From Lama glama (Eukaryota), in assembly GCA_028534125.1 (NCBI GenBank), contig CM052818.1, positions 29,266,001-29,330,000 of the forward strand: a stretch of 64,000 nucleotides of DNA. The letters run 5' to 3'. Of the stretch, positions 27,480 through 40,050 are shown piece after piece. The notes under the pieces were generated by a model that saw nothing but the letters and a program-made list of their open reading frames with translations, had not been told where the DNA came from and did no database searches. Both the position numbers and the translations under genes were made by a program. Positions within the stretch are counted from its first letter, which is position 1; each line of letters opens with the position of its first letter.

Positions 27480-27616
27480 AGCAGTGGGAAGTGCACTGCC
27501 TTCCAAGGGAGAAGTAAGTCATCTTTCTACCATCATACACTCTCGGGCAACTCAGTGACCTCAATGCGCTCATGCTCCATCTCTGAGGTCCTTTCAGTTT
27601 TAAGCTTCTGTGACTT
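27480..27616 (+). mobile_element. L3/CR1-type (or MIR3) 3' end remnant
   Basis: tctgaggtcctttcagttttaagcttctgtgactt matches the shared CR1/MIR3 3' tail. Confidence 0.5.
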
Positions 27617-28820
27617 TGGACCTGCCTTTTCTAGGCTCTCAAGACATTTTGGAGTGCCACAAATCCTGGTTGTATTCTTACAACTACAACTCATTTGCTG
27701 ACCATTGTGTTACTTTTGACACCTTAATACAGGCGGACAGAGAAAATATATAATAGATTAGTCCCTTAGAAAAGTTAAAAGCCAGATCATTTGGGTGTTA
27801 TTATTTGATCCAATTTTTTATTTTCCACTTGAATGTTTGTATTTCTAAAGCATGATGTCATTCTAAAAATACGTGGAGATAAAACTATTATGCAATTTAC
27901 TTTATACAGTCAAATTTGGGGCTAAAAACTATGTTCTCTGTGGGGAACAAGTTACATTTCACATTACACCCAAGTAATATTGAGTGTATCAAGAAATTAC
28001 TTTGGTAGTATAAATTCATAGAATCTCAGGGTTATATAGAGCCATCATAGACATTTATCTAACCATCCATCTAATGGGCAAAAATCCTCCAGAACACGAA
28101 GAGCAAATTGTCTTATTTTTTGACAATAAGAAATTGTCAAAGTAAAAAGATGTCATTGCATATTTTTGTGATATCGTAAATGTAAATGACTATTAAAAAT
28201 AAAATTATGAATTTAATATGAATCAGGCAACTCCAAATTTCTTTGCTCACTAGATAAATGAAACTTTCCTTCTCTTCACACAATAAATTAAATTCTAAAG
28301 TATATGGAATTTTAAAAATATATTCACAGTTATTCTTTTGTGGACAGACTACACAATGAAATACATCATAAATGTCTTCTAACACTTCATTGAGAAAAAA
28401 CTGAAAGTTGTAAGTCAGATTGAAATTAGGAATGCTTCATTTCCATTTAGAGGCTGAAGAGGGATAAAAAGTTCAAAAAGGAAATGATTTTTTTATAGCT
28501 ATATGAGATCACAGACTCTGAGAGTCTGGGTTTCAAAACACTAAACACTAAAGCCACATTTTTGGAGCTAGCCTCACATTATAGCTCCTTATTATATGGC
28601 TTGCTCAAATACATATTAATGCACAATTAATTCTGAAAGAAACTACATGCTACAGATTGTATTTTATTAGGACAAGTCCAGCCAAATACTTTTTTTAACT
28701 CTATTTTTTTCAACCACATGTAAGTCCCTACTAGGTACAAAGCTTTGAGATTGAGCCTCTAGAAGGAAAAATAAAATTAAACACTTGGTCCTTGCCTGAG
28801 AAGCAGCATACCTTCTAAAG

Positions 28821-29006
28821 CAGAATTTCTCAAATTGTGGTACAGTGACAGCCTGTATCAGCATGGTGCAGGGTTTATTTAACATGCAGATTTGTGGGCC
28901 TCAGACTCAGAGGATTTCTAATTCAGTAGATCTAGGGTGAGCCTTGGAATATGCATATATAATAAGCCTGTGATTGTTATTGCACACTGAAGTTTGAGAA
29001 CCATTG
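28821..29006. mobile_element. MER5-like hAT-Charlie element
   Basis: Inverted termini cagaatttctcaaatt...agtttgagaaccattg and internal atgcagatt...attcagtagatctagggtgagcc. Confidence 0.8.
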
Positions 29007-29051
29007 ATCCAGGGATCAAAACATATGTTCTTTTTTTTTTTTCTTTTCCTT

Positions 29052-29214
29052 AGGGGAAACCGCGAACGCAATCCCCTGCTACCACAGATTACGCAGACAA
29101 GTTTCCCACATTTGGGGAAATCGCAGGAGTCAGCACATCCAGAGTACAATGGATGAGCCTTACCCTGGGAAAACCACCTTCATGATCATGATATTTCCCC
29201 TGCCAGGTAAGTAT
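29052..29214 (-). pseudogene. RNU1: Full-length U1 snRNA retrocopy (processed pseudogene)
   Basis: Reverse complement reads ATACTTACCTGGCAGGGGAAATATCATGATCATGAAGGTGGTTTTCCCAGGG...GCGTTCGCGGTTTCCCCT, about 18 differences from mammalian U1 by manual comparison. A-rich tail at 29031-29050. 15-bp TSD aaaacata(tg/ca)ttctt at 29018-29032 and 29215-29229. TT/AAGA L1-endonuclease site. The Sm site, U1A loop and U1-70K loop each carry a substitution. Confidence 0.97.
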
Positions 29215-29418
29215 AAAACATACATTCTTAACTCATACAAGAGAGTGACTCAAGGGAACAAGTTATGCAAGTATTGAGTGAATTCTGATTATAGCTGTAG
29301 CCAACATCAAGGAATACCTTAGAGTGTAAACTTCTTTTACAGCATTTTCTAATTAGTGCCTATTGGTAGCAAATTTAATTTGTGTTTCTTAGAAAAAATC
29401 TGGATGGAGGGACCATTT

Positions 29419-29672
29419 GTCTTTTTCTGGGTGCTAAATTTTTTTTTTGGCATTTTTTTTTTCCTGGTGAAATACACCGAACATAAAATTTACAATCTTA
29501 ACAATTTTTAAGTGCACAGTTCGGAAGTGTTAAGTATATTCACATTGTTGTGAAACAGATCTCCGGAAGTTTTGTATTTGCAAAATTGAAACTCTGTACC
29601 CTTAAGACAACAACTCCCTCTTCCCACCCTCCTAAAGCCCCTGGTAATCGCCAGGCTACTTTCTGTTTCTAT
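29419..29672 (-). mobile_element. L1MB-like 3' end, 5'-truncated
   Basis: aacataaaatttacaatcttaacaatttttaagtgcacagttc...gaaactctgtaccc. 16-bp TSD gatg(g/a)agggaccattt at 29403-29418 and 29673-29688. Confidence 0.85.
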
Positions 29673-30694
29673 GATGAAGGGACCATTTTTAAAACTTGAT
29701 CTAATGACAAAGTGTCAAGTCTGAGAATAAAAAGAGCAAGTACAGCTGAGTCCAAACATCAAAATCAGGGGTTAGATTTAAGAAACAAGATCATAAAGCA
29801 GAAAGAAGGAGCAAAGCAAAGACAGATGGATGTAGAAGCAGAGGCGCTTCAGGATGGAGCTGGTACAGTCTGGCCATCTGGCGGTGGGTGTTGGGTGCCA
29901 GGGAGATGTGCTCTCTGAAGTCAGATATGAACTATCAGCCACTGTCTGATACCAGATAATCCTCCTCCATCTTTGGTGAACAAATGACTATGACGAAAGT
30001 AGATGAGAAGAAGTTTAGAGGATGAAGACTGGGGATTATAAAGGATATTTACTACCTCCAAAATTTGCTGCAGACTTGGGAGATGGGCAAATCTGTGATA
30101 AAACCCACTGTGATAGTTTACTAGGACTGGAGTGGTTCAGGCGGGCCTTGAGACATTGTGAGGCTCTGCATTCTGGGCACAGGTATCATTACAATTAAGT
30201 GTCAAAGGCACCATGCCAGATGCAGAGCCTTCAGAATTCCATACTGAAGGGCCATGGTTAATGCTTTGAATAGGCCATGATCATCCAACAGGATTGGGGA
30301 GATAGCCTGAGGGAAGTCAAGAACTTCCCTATATGAATGTGGCCCCTAAGGCATTAAACTAATCAACCTGGAAGTCTAGATTTGCCTCCTACTGTGTATG
30401 CTGGGGAGGCTCTGAAGCTCATCCAAGCTCTAGGACAGGAAGCAGGGAAAAGTAGAAAGAGCCTGCGCTTTGGAACCAGACACACCTAACTTCAAATTCT
30501 ACTGCTGCTTATCATCTGGATGACCTTTAAACCATCCAGATATCAATTTCCCTATCTATACCTCAAATTCTAACAATAACTACCTAGTGGACAAGAACAC
30601 GGGTCAAATGCTGTGTAATGTGAAGATGCTCTCCTGGTGCAGAGGCACAACTTCTCTCAATGAAAGCATCCTGGTAAGAATTGAATGTGATTAT

Positions 30695-30762
30695 GTGTAT
30701 GTGCGTGTGTGTGTATATATTTTATATATATATATTATATATATATATTTATTATATATATA
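30695..30762. repeat. (TG)/(TA) low-complexity microsatellite
   Basis: Direct reading. Confidence 0.8.
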
Positions 30763-31769
30763 GTAAATGCCATAAAAATACATTTTTGTAATTGTGCACA
30801 CTCTTCCCCAATAAAAATTTAATTTGACAATGTAATAACCAGATATATGGATGATTATAAACATTATTCATTTTATATATACATTAAAAAAAAGAATTCA
30901 ATGTGGTAAATTTCCTGAGGTTGAGAATGAACAAAGCGGGCAGGGAGGTATATGGAAGCCTGACAGGTCTGTGGCTTGGGCCGCTAGGTTGTTGGGCTCC
31001 CTAAGTTATGACCTCATTTTCAAAACAGCATGGTGGCCCAAGTCATGGCACCAAGGGTAAGTGTCTTAAGTGGGCCATTATCTCCATGACATTCGTTAGC
31101 CTCCACACCCAAAGTCATCCCAAATAAGCATACAATATAAGTAAAAATAGGATTCTTGTTCTGCAAAAGCAGCTTAATGACAAACTCCCTAGCTCCGCCT
31201 CCCAATTCAGCAGCTACTCCCAAGCCACACGTGGAAAATTTGATGCTCTGATTCTACCATGACTTGAACCTGGAGGTGGGCACTGATTGCTCTGACCTCC
31301 GTGAATAGGACCTGACCAGTCTCATTTTCCCAGCGGCGAATGTGTGCTGCTGCAGTCCCCGTATAAGATGTGGCATGTTGCAGCACAACGGATGGACAGC
31401 TATGTGCCCACCTGGAGGTGGCAGCAGAGAGTGGTGACTGTAACCAGCTGCTATGGCTTACAGTCTGCTCCTGGAGCTGTGTAGGCTCAACAAGGAAACC
31501 AGCTTTTCAAATAGCAATCCCCATTCGTCTAGATTTGGACTTGGTGAGTTCCAAGAGCAGCTTGCAAAATGATGCCTAATGTATATTGTATATGGTCATA
31601 GAGTCAGACACATCTGGAAAAAAAAAACCTTTTTTGCCTTGTGGCTCTTTCTGGCCCACTGTGTCTACTGCGAGGACCAGAACTGTCTTGAGACCAAAGT
31701 TGTGAGAGCACTTACTCAGTGTGTCCTCAGAATTACTGCCTGAACATTGCGGAGTACTAATCCCAGTGG

Positions 31770-31970
31770 TCTTCAAGGCTGGTCCATCTCAGGGCATCTC
31801 AACACCTCCACGTAGATGATCCTGGGCATCTCAAACTCATCATGTTTAAGACTGGATTCTATCTCCTTCAGTTTTCCCTGTGGAAAGTAGATAAGAAGCA
31901 CTAACTTTTTTCAATGCAGCCACTAAAACCAGGAATATTGTGTCATCCCAGAATCTTCCCTTCTTCCTTC
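31770..31970 (+). mobile_element. L2 fragment
   Basis: cctccacgtagatg...ggcatctcaaactcatcatgtttaagactg. Confidence 0.6.
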
Positions 31971-32409
31971 TCTCTTATGGGCTTCAAACTGTTTGGATAA
32001 TTTATGTGGCATATCAGTGAAAAAAGATGGAGTTTTATTGCCTAATTGGGAACAAAAATCAGTAAAAGGTAAATCTGGGAAAGACTTTTAATTCAGATGT
32101 CTCTCTTATAAGGGAATCCTGAGCATTGAGACAATGAGAGTGGGGCTGGTAATTAGGATCATGGGGAGAGAATTCTGAAGAGCTCTATCTCTGATCGGCA
32201 GGAGAAGTTTGTGAACAAAGATGCTAAGAGTTGTTTGACTCCTGTTGCCTTATTCTGAAATGCAGAAGTCCTTGGGCAGGAAACCTTGTGGAGGGTATAG
32301 ACTAAACCATCCTGTCATTGTCAGCCCCACAAGTGGCTGAGCAGCTGGAGCAGAAGGAATTTATTTTATTGTATTGTTTTGTTTTTGTCTTAAAGAGATA
32401 TCCTTCTTA

Positions 32410-32645
32410 ATATTTATAGTAAAGTCTGGAATAAAGATGCTTAAAGTATGCAAACTTGGAAGAAGATGGCAACTATACTAGATTCTCAGAATCAATCTCA
32501 AAAGAGCTTGACAGGCTAGAGTAAAGGGACAAATGACGGAGAGTGAAATTAATAGGAGCAAAGGTAAAACTGCACTGAGGCCAAAAAAAAAAACAAACCC
32601 ACCTTTTACAAGTTCAAAATGGGGAGACTTGGCTTAAGAGGAGCC
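32410..32645 (+). mobile_element. L3/CR1 LINE ORF2 remnant
   Basis: Translates piecewise as KLG...QKELDRLE...VKL/N.SKGK..H...KFKMGRL, resembling the CR1 stretch KLGG...QKDLDRLE.WA...MKFN..KCKVLHLG...Y.MG..WL. Confidence 0.7.
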
Positions 32646-34079
32646 CATAGTTTTCAAACTTGTTATTAATGTTGCATTAGTCAAGGTATGCTAATTGCTA
32701 TAATTGCAATTTCCAAGCCTCAGTGGTTTTAAGATATCCTAGGGAGAAAAAAGTGCCAAGAGGATGGATAGTCCTGGCTCAATCAGTTGACTGCTTCTAG
32801 CAAGTCTTCAGACATTCCACTAACGTTTGCCCAGAAAGGGGATTTTCATATAATATCTCATTTTAACCAAGTTAACAGTCATATCGAAAATATGACTTAC
32901 AAAGATTTCTGCCAAATAGTAGCAGGTGAAAGAGACAACAGCAAAATGAACCTAAAGAAAATGGCAGAGCAAACCTTTCTACTCTTGAGTACAAATCAGC
33001 CACATTATAGTAAAAAGAAGGAGGGGGATGGGGGGAGGAGGAGGAGGAAATTAAAACAGCAAGAAGTAGTTTCTCCAAATCAAAAATTACTGAGAAGGCC
33101 ATTTAAAATACGGATTTACATCCACTTATATTAGTGAACTTATCCACTAATGATAAAATTCTCTTTAGTTGGCTAATTCTCTTTAGTTTTGAGATATTAA
33201 CTAGTAATAAGAATTCTGGTGATTAGCAGTACATTTAAAAGCTAAGCACCTAGAACAGGAAGACAAATTTCAGCAGTTTTTCAGAGATATTTAAAGTTAT
33301 GTGAAACAAATCCAGTTCTTGACAAATCTCATGAAACCTACCGATAATTGCTTAGAAGCCTCTTTTGAGGTTTTTATACTTTACAATGAAGGAACAAAAG
33401 TCACAAACCATTAGGGTCTCTACTTCATCCTGTCTCAGTAAAAAAAGGTTGAAATAATTATATAACAAAAGACTGACAAACTTAAAGGCATTCCTTTGTC
33501 AGCACATTTTTGGGGAAGCCACATAAAAAAACACTGCTAAAGAGATGAAGAAACAAATATTAGAACAGATTACTCAGTATTGGCCATGCATTTGGGTGAA
33601 AGAACAAATGTTTGTAATGTCTCCATTTATGGTACTTGTTAGATTCTATGTCAAGAATTACATTCCCAAAGAACTGGGTTTTAGGGAGGGCGAGTGAGGC
33701 ATTTAAAAAATTTTTACTGAAAAATCCTACTGAAGAATATCCCAATGATAAATGATTTTGTAAATGAAAACAGTATTTTATGGTAAACTTGTTGAAGTGT
33801 AACCACTGAATTCAGAAGAATAAAAGATATTCCTGCAGAGGAATAAGAGGAAGGATTTCAGGAAAACTTGACAGGAATGTTCATCTCTGTGGTGTTCATC
33901 CAGTGTTTCATTCTTTGGGAAGCTAATGCAGTGAAGAAATTGGGCTCTAAGTGCACAGTGACAGTGCACGTACTGTCACTGATGTGGTTAGTTTTAATGA
34001 AAACCTTTAATAAAGTAGAACTTTACAAGATTGTAAGGAGATAGTCTGTTGAGATTGAAAAGCCATTTTCTTCGTTTAC

Positions 34080-35150
34080 CTAATATTGTTTCCTTCCCTT
34101 CCCTTCTGCAGGCATGGTTCCAAGAACATTCCCTAATTCAATTCCTGTGTGATAGATCTGCTTCCCAGGAAACTCAGCTTGCAACAATGGCAGAGGTGGT
34201 CCTAGAAAAACAGGGGTGGTCCAAGATGCCCGTATGGGATTCCGAAGCTGCTACCCAGCCAGCCAGCTAGCAGTGAGGACTGTGATCATCAGAAGGAGGA
34301 GGGCTGCTGCCACATAATGGAACAGAGAAGAATGTGATGGGATCCTGGTGATCCGCTGGGGTGCCTCCTGACATTCCTTTGCTCATCTTGATGATAGATG
34401 GACAAACACAGCAGTCATGCTTAAGAAAGACATGGAGATCAGGAGCTCAGAGATGTCAGAAATGAAGATATGGGTCATACTGAAAGGTAAGCCATCTACT
34501 CAGCAATGATGGTGGCTGAGAATGAGGGAATCTAAAATGGGTAGTAGATAAATATCAGTTGTGGCTCCAAGTACTTGGGCTCTGATTGCTTATAGTCAGG
34601 GCTATTTTTTATCCTACTAACCTTATCCATTTCCCCCAGGAAAAGAGTTCCGACAGGATCTTGGAGGAACTCTTCCCAGAATTTATATGGAGAAGTGGAT
34701 CTGAGTAGTGCAAATAGTGGACCATAGTAGAAACTGTGATGTGCTCTGTCCCCTTGAAGACTGAAGGACTTATTCACCCAGCTATTGAGGGCACTATTGG
34801 CTGACCGTCATCAGAAATTACTCTAGGCTGGAGAATTCTGTCTTGTGCAAAGTTATTCCTCCTTCCCCAGGGCAGCTCAGCTCCATTAACTAGTCAGTGT
34901 ATAATACAAAGGCCTAAACCCCTCACCTTATCTCAGGACAACATTAAAGGGCATTATAGCTTCAGGGTCCCCAAAGGGTTGGCTGAGCCTTTGCTGATAC
35001 TACATGACAGTGCAATTTTTTCTTCTGTCCAATACTGACTACTTCGTTCTCTTCCTTTCTACAATGTTGATCCCAAGAGTGCTTCCCATAAAAATTCCTG
35101 CACACTAATCTCCATCCCAGATGCTTCCTGGGAAACCCACCCTTCAACAA
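34080..35150 (+). mobile_element. Internally deleted ERVL provirus (LTR16-like LTRs with an ERV3-16A3/ERVL-like internal remnant)
   Basis: Two related LTR 3' ends (tctgcttcccaggaaactca at about 34160; atgcttcctgggaaaccca at about 35125) flank a piece encoding GDPLGCLL...MKIWV...GK...AENEGNL.WVV. Confidence 0.7.
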
Positions 35151-35510
35151 GAACATTATTGGGACACCTGATGAAATTTGAATATGGACTCTTGATTAGA
35201 TAATGGATTATACCAACATTAAATTTCCAGATTTTTCACCATGTATTGCATTTATATAAGACAATGTTTTTGTTCTTAGGAAACATACTGAATGAAGTAA
35301 ATAAGGATACAGGCATGTGATATCTACAACTTGGTCTCAAATGATTTGGAAAAAATTGTACATAGAGAGACAGAGGATCAGAGAGAAAGAAGAAAATAGT
35401 GCAAGTGTGAACAATTTGCAAATCTTGGTAAAGAGTATGGGAGTTACTTACATACTTCTTGAAACTTTTCCGTAAGTTTGAATTTATATCAAAATAAAAA
35501 GTTTACCAAA
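35150..35510 (+). mobile_element. L1MC/L1ME-like 3' end
   Basis: gaaatttgaatatggact...tgttcttaggaaacatactgaa...aacttttccgtaagtttgaatttatatcaaaataaaaagttt. Confidence 0.75.
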
Positions 35511-35714
35511 GTAAAATAACCAGACCCATCTCTCATCCCATTCTCAGAGATTCTGATTCCCTTGGGCACTAATATACTGCCAACACCCAGTGCTAGTCTG
35601 AAGGTGTTCAATAAATATTTGTAGAATAAGTGAATGAGTAACCTTGGAAGTTAAAATAATGATATAATAATGATAAAAATGATAATGATCTCCATTTTGG
35701 ATATGGAGACTTTT

Positions 35715-36454
35715 TTTTATTGAAGTATAGTTGATTTGCCATGTTATGTTAGTTTCTGCTATACAGCATAGTGATTCAGTTATATATATGTGTATATATA
35801 TGTATGTAATTCTTTTTTACATTTCTTATCATTATAGGTTATAAGGTATTGAATATAGTTCCCTGCGCTAAACAGTAGGACCTTGTTGTTTACCTATTTT
35901 ATATACAGTAGTTAGTATTGGCAAATTCCAGATTCTTAATTTATCCTTCTCCCTCTTCCCACTCCGGAAACCATGTTTGTTTTCTATGTCTATGAGTTTG
36001 TTTCTGTCTTATAAATAAGTTCATTTGTGCCAACTTTTTAGATTCCACGTATAAGTAGTATCATATTTTTCTTTCTCTTTTTGGTTACTTCACTTAGAAT
36101 GACAATCTCCAGGTTCATCCATGTTGCTGCAAATGGCATTATTTTATTCTTTCTTATGTCTGAGTAGTATTCCATTGTATAAATACACCACAGCTTCTTT
36201 ATCCAGTCATCTGTTGATGGGCATTTAGGTTGCTTCCGTGGCTTGGCTATTGTAAATAGTGCTGCTGTGAACACAGGGGTTCATGTATCTTTTCGAATTA
36301 AGATTTTCCTCTGGATATATGCCCAAGAGTGGGATTGCTGGAGCATATGGTAAGTCTATTTTTAGTCTTTTGAGGAATCTCCATACTGTTTTCCATAGTG
36401 GCTGCACCAAACTGCATTCCCACCAACAGTGTAGGAGGGTTCCCTTTTCTCTAC
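35715..36454 (-). mobile_element. 5'-truncated L1 (ORF2 C-terminus plus 3' UTR)
   Basis: ORF track shows [21 protein letters not shown] and [25 protein letters not shown]. Perfect 18-bp TSD ttggatatggagactttt at 35697-35714 and 36455-36472. Confidence 0.95.
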
Positions 36455-37904
36455 TTGGATATGGAGACTTTTGAGTGCCTATGAGCCTTCTTTTGAAAGT
36501 CTGCTCTAGGGATTGTATAACCTTTCGTTCAATTCTGAAGGTAACCAGTGAAAAGATAACTCCTGTGTCCTTTTTTGAGACCATTATTCTCTCTCATATT
36601 TAGAAGTCTGAAGTCCCCATGAGACCTTGTGTAATCAATAGCTCATCACTTTGGACCTAATTTGATTTTAAAATGGCATAGTGACTGAGTATTACCCTTA
36701 ACTAATGGAAAAATTGCCTGACTTTTGTGGTCCTACAAATTTCTCTATCCTGTTTTGACTACAATACACACAATTATCTTTACTTTTTTATTTTTTATTT
36801 TTAAATTTTCGAACTTTAGCCTAACACATCATAGGCATATCACATTAAAAGTGTTCTGGTAAAAGCTAACTCTAAAAGGATGGCATTTTTTAGTTGGACA
36901 AGGAGGACTAGTTAATGAGTAGAAAAAATAAGAAAAAGGGGAAATTCAAGGATTGTTACTGCCATCCAGTGGTGGTACTCTCAGACAAACGTGATACAAA
37001 GCCCATCATTAATCTCTGTTTGCCACAGCAAAGTCCCAAATGCCATTCATTCAAGCTTAGGGACCAAACTGCCATTTAACTTGCCATGAAATTTGTATTA
37101 TGTTTCCCTGATCTTAAAGTAATGACTTCAGTTGGTCCCATTGTATGCTGAGGCAGATCATAGGCGTCCATAGCAACCAGTTTACTCCAGGAGTACACTC
37201 AGTGTGGGGAGAATCTGGTCCTTGAAAGCCCTTGTCTTGATGACCCCAAACTCCTGCCCTGTTCTCCCTGGTTCACCCTGTTTACAGATCCCTATGGAGA
37301 GGGAACAGCACTGATTCACCTTTCAGTCCCTACTGGACATTTCCAACTCATTTTTTACCTGTGCTCTTATAACTATGAGCTCCTACATTGACTGTTTAGA
37401 GCCCATGGAAATTAGAAAAGGAATTAGTCAAAGCTCAACTCTTTGATTTTAACTCAGCAAGAACCTTTGCCTACTGAATAAAAAGAAAAGAAAAGAAAAT
37501 TTAGATTTAGAATAAAAGAAAAAAATTGGCCCAAGCATATCATGTAAATTTTATACAAAGCATACTTTTTGGCCTTGGCAAACACCATCCAGTTTACAGT
37601 TTAATGTTTCCTACTTTTAAAACTCACATATAGTGTTCTCTGTGCACTAATGATGTGGCCTGTTAACCAAAGTTTGACCTTTCTGGGCTGTAAATCCAAG
37701 CCCACCCACCAGCTGTCCAAAGTCATAATCTCTGGCAGTGATGTCATTCCTTGACACTAAAAACAAACACCACCCAGATCTGTTTCCTTTCTCCTGCAGA
37801 TTTGAAGTCCATTGTAGAGGTGCCAAAGGGTAGGGGCTCAGGAGACCACAGGGCTTTGCTTGTGCCCACTGGTTTGAGCAGCTGGCTTCTAGGGACTGGC
37901 CCAG

Positions 37905-37906
<2 letters not shown>

Positions 37907-37940
<34 letters not shown>

Positions 37941-37990
37941 AAGAAACAAAGAAAAAGAAAGCCAAACCCAAACAAAAAACACCAAAAACC
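37907..37990. repeat. Poly(A)32 plus A-rich extension
   Basis: Direct reading. The pure A run spans 37907-37938. Confidence 0.9.
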
Positions 37991-38689
37991 ACCTCCAGAG
38001 AATGCTGTGCAAGCTCTACTTATGTAATTCATGAGAGTGTGAAGACCAGAGCAAACAGTTGCCATCCAATAAAAGTCAATATATATATTGTATTTACCGG
38101 CAGCTCAGATATGCCAGTTTCACAAGGAAATTTGGTGGGGGTAGTGGGGAATGTGGAGGGAAAAAATGAAATAGTTTTCATCTCACTGGTTTTAAAGAGA
38201 GTTTTACATGGTTCTGTAGATGAAGTTTACTGTATACAGAAGTTCAGATGAAAATCCTCAATTTTAATTATGCAAGAATATTTTACCAACCCTGAAAAAT
38301 GTATAAATTCACACAGTTAAAAATAAATATATTAGTGTTACTGACTTTTGGTATTGAGTAGGCTACAAAAGAAAACAAATTTACTGGTAAACGAAATCCC
38401 ATATCCCACATGGACTACTGTATAAACAGATATCAATATAGTCTTCCAACAAATACTGGAAATCAGAAATTCCAGATCACAACATGAAATACATTTGAAT
38501 GAATTTTTATAAAAGCAAATACAAATCAACTAGCAAAACAGAATTCATAGAAACAATTTCCTATGCAGTAGCCAAAGGAGTCAGTAAAAACTTGGTGCAA
38601 AACACACAGCAAGAAAATAAATGTGAAAGAATGCCAAGTTCTCACACTCATACATGTAGTAAAAGGAAATACTTCACTGCATATTAGTG

Positions 38690-38851
38690 CAGTCGTCCCT
38701 TGGTATCCCCCAGGGATTGGTTCCAGGACCCCTGCTGATGCTTGAATGCCTTATATAAAGTGGCATAGGACCATTGGCCTTCTGTACCTGTGGGTTCCAT
38801 ATCACAGTGGAATCCCAGGATGTGGAACCCATGAAGATAGAGAACTGACTG
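38690..38851. mobile_element. MER2-like Tigger MITE (internally deleted)
   Basis: cagtcgtcccttggtatcc...ggattggttccaggacccc...gatgtggaacccatg...gactg followed by ta. Confidence 0.75.
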
Positions 38852-39509
38852 TATACAGTAAACAACAGAAAAAAAATTAATGGATTCTAGTGCAAACACT
38901 TGACCCTAACATTGTAGCAATGCCTCTCTTGGCTCTTAGGTGGACAATATCCACCTTCCTCTGATGTTGGTCGCTATGCTTTTTCACTAGGAGATCTCAT
39001 TATCGCTATTTTCTTCCTATTTCCTACTCCTCCCTTCCTTACCGCCTCTCTCCTTTGTTGGCCCCTTCCATCTTTAATATGGGTAAACTGGGTGGGTGGG
39101 ACTGAGGATGTATGCTGCCAGAGCAGATAAAGGATCTCTGTGCTGCAAGGTGCTAGGGCACTGCATTTGGCTGTTGAACTGAATGCTTCCTAGACAAGCC
39201 TCTCTGGAAATACAACATACTCAAGGTTTTAATTTTGCACCAAGTCATGTACTGTTTAAGAGAAGTCAAGTTATAATTTCCAGTAATTAGCTAACTTGGT
39301 TGCCTGCTGAAAGGGAGAATAATAAAAGATTTTATTATCTCAAATCAATCAATGAAAATTTTTATAATCCTATATTGGCCTGGGTTTCTTGGATGACCCA
39401 CTGAGCATTTCTCCCAAAGGCCAGTTCAGGCATGTGTCAGACTTAGAACTTTATTCTTGAGTTGCATCAGGTTTCTGTAGGCAGCAAAACCGAAAGGAAT
39501 ATTTTCTTC

Positions 39510-40050
39510 AGCTGCAAAATAATTCATTAAAATTCAACATTTATATTCATATTAAGCCCTGTAGAGAATTAGGAATAGGGAAGAACATCCTTCACCAGAT
39601 AAAAGGCATACATAAAAACACTTCAGCATGCATCACATTAAATTGGGCGACAGTAAAAAGATTTTCTTTCAAATCAAGATGCCTGCTTTCACCACCCTAC
39701 AATTCAGTATTGTACTAGATGGAGGTCTTAACTAGTTCAGTGGATAAGAACCATCTGTCTTTTCTCTCAATTTTTCAATAAACATAAAACTGCTCAAAAA
39801 TAAAGTCTACTAATTAAAAAAAAAGAAAAAGCAAAGGTGAATGTATTCCTGAAGAAAAAGGTGGAGGAATTGACCTTATCAAAAATGAAGGCTTTAAGAA
39901 AACGTTACAATAATGAAAACACTGTGGTAAAGATGCAGAGATAAACTAAAAGTGATGGAATTAAACAGAGAGCTCAGAAACAGAGTCATGCATAGTGGAA
40001 ACCTGATCTAAATCAGATCTGCCCCTGCAGATCAGTGGGGAAGGATGACT
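39510..40050 (+). mobile_element. Old L1 ORF2 fragments
   Basis: aaaattcaacatttatattcat...aagatgcctgctttcaccac...ggaggaattgacctta...cagagagctcagaaacagag. Confidence 0.6.

Noticed and set aside
37647..38251. Poly-Lys and poly-Phe ORFs
   Set aside because: Translations of the poly(A) tract.
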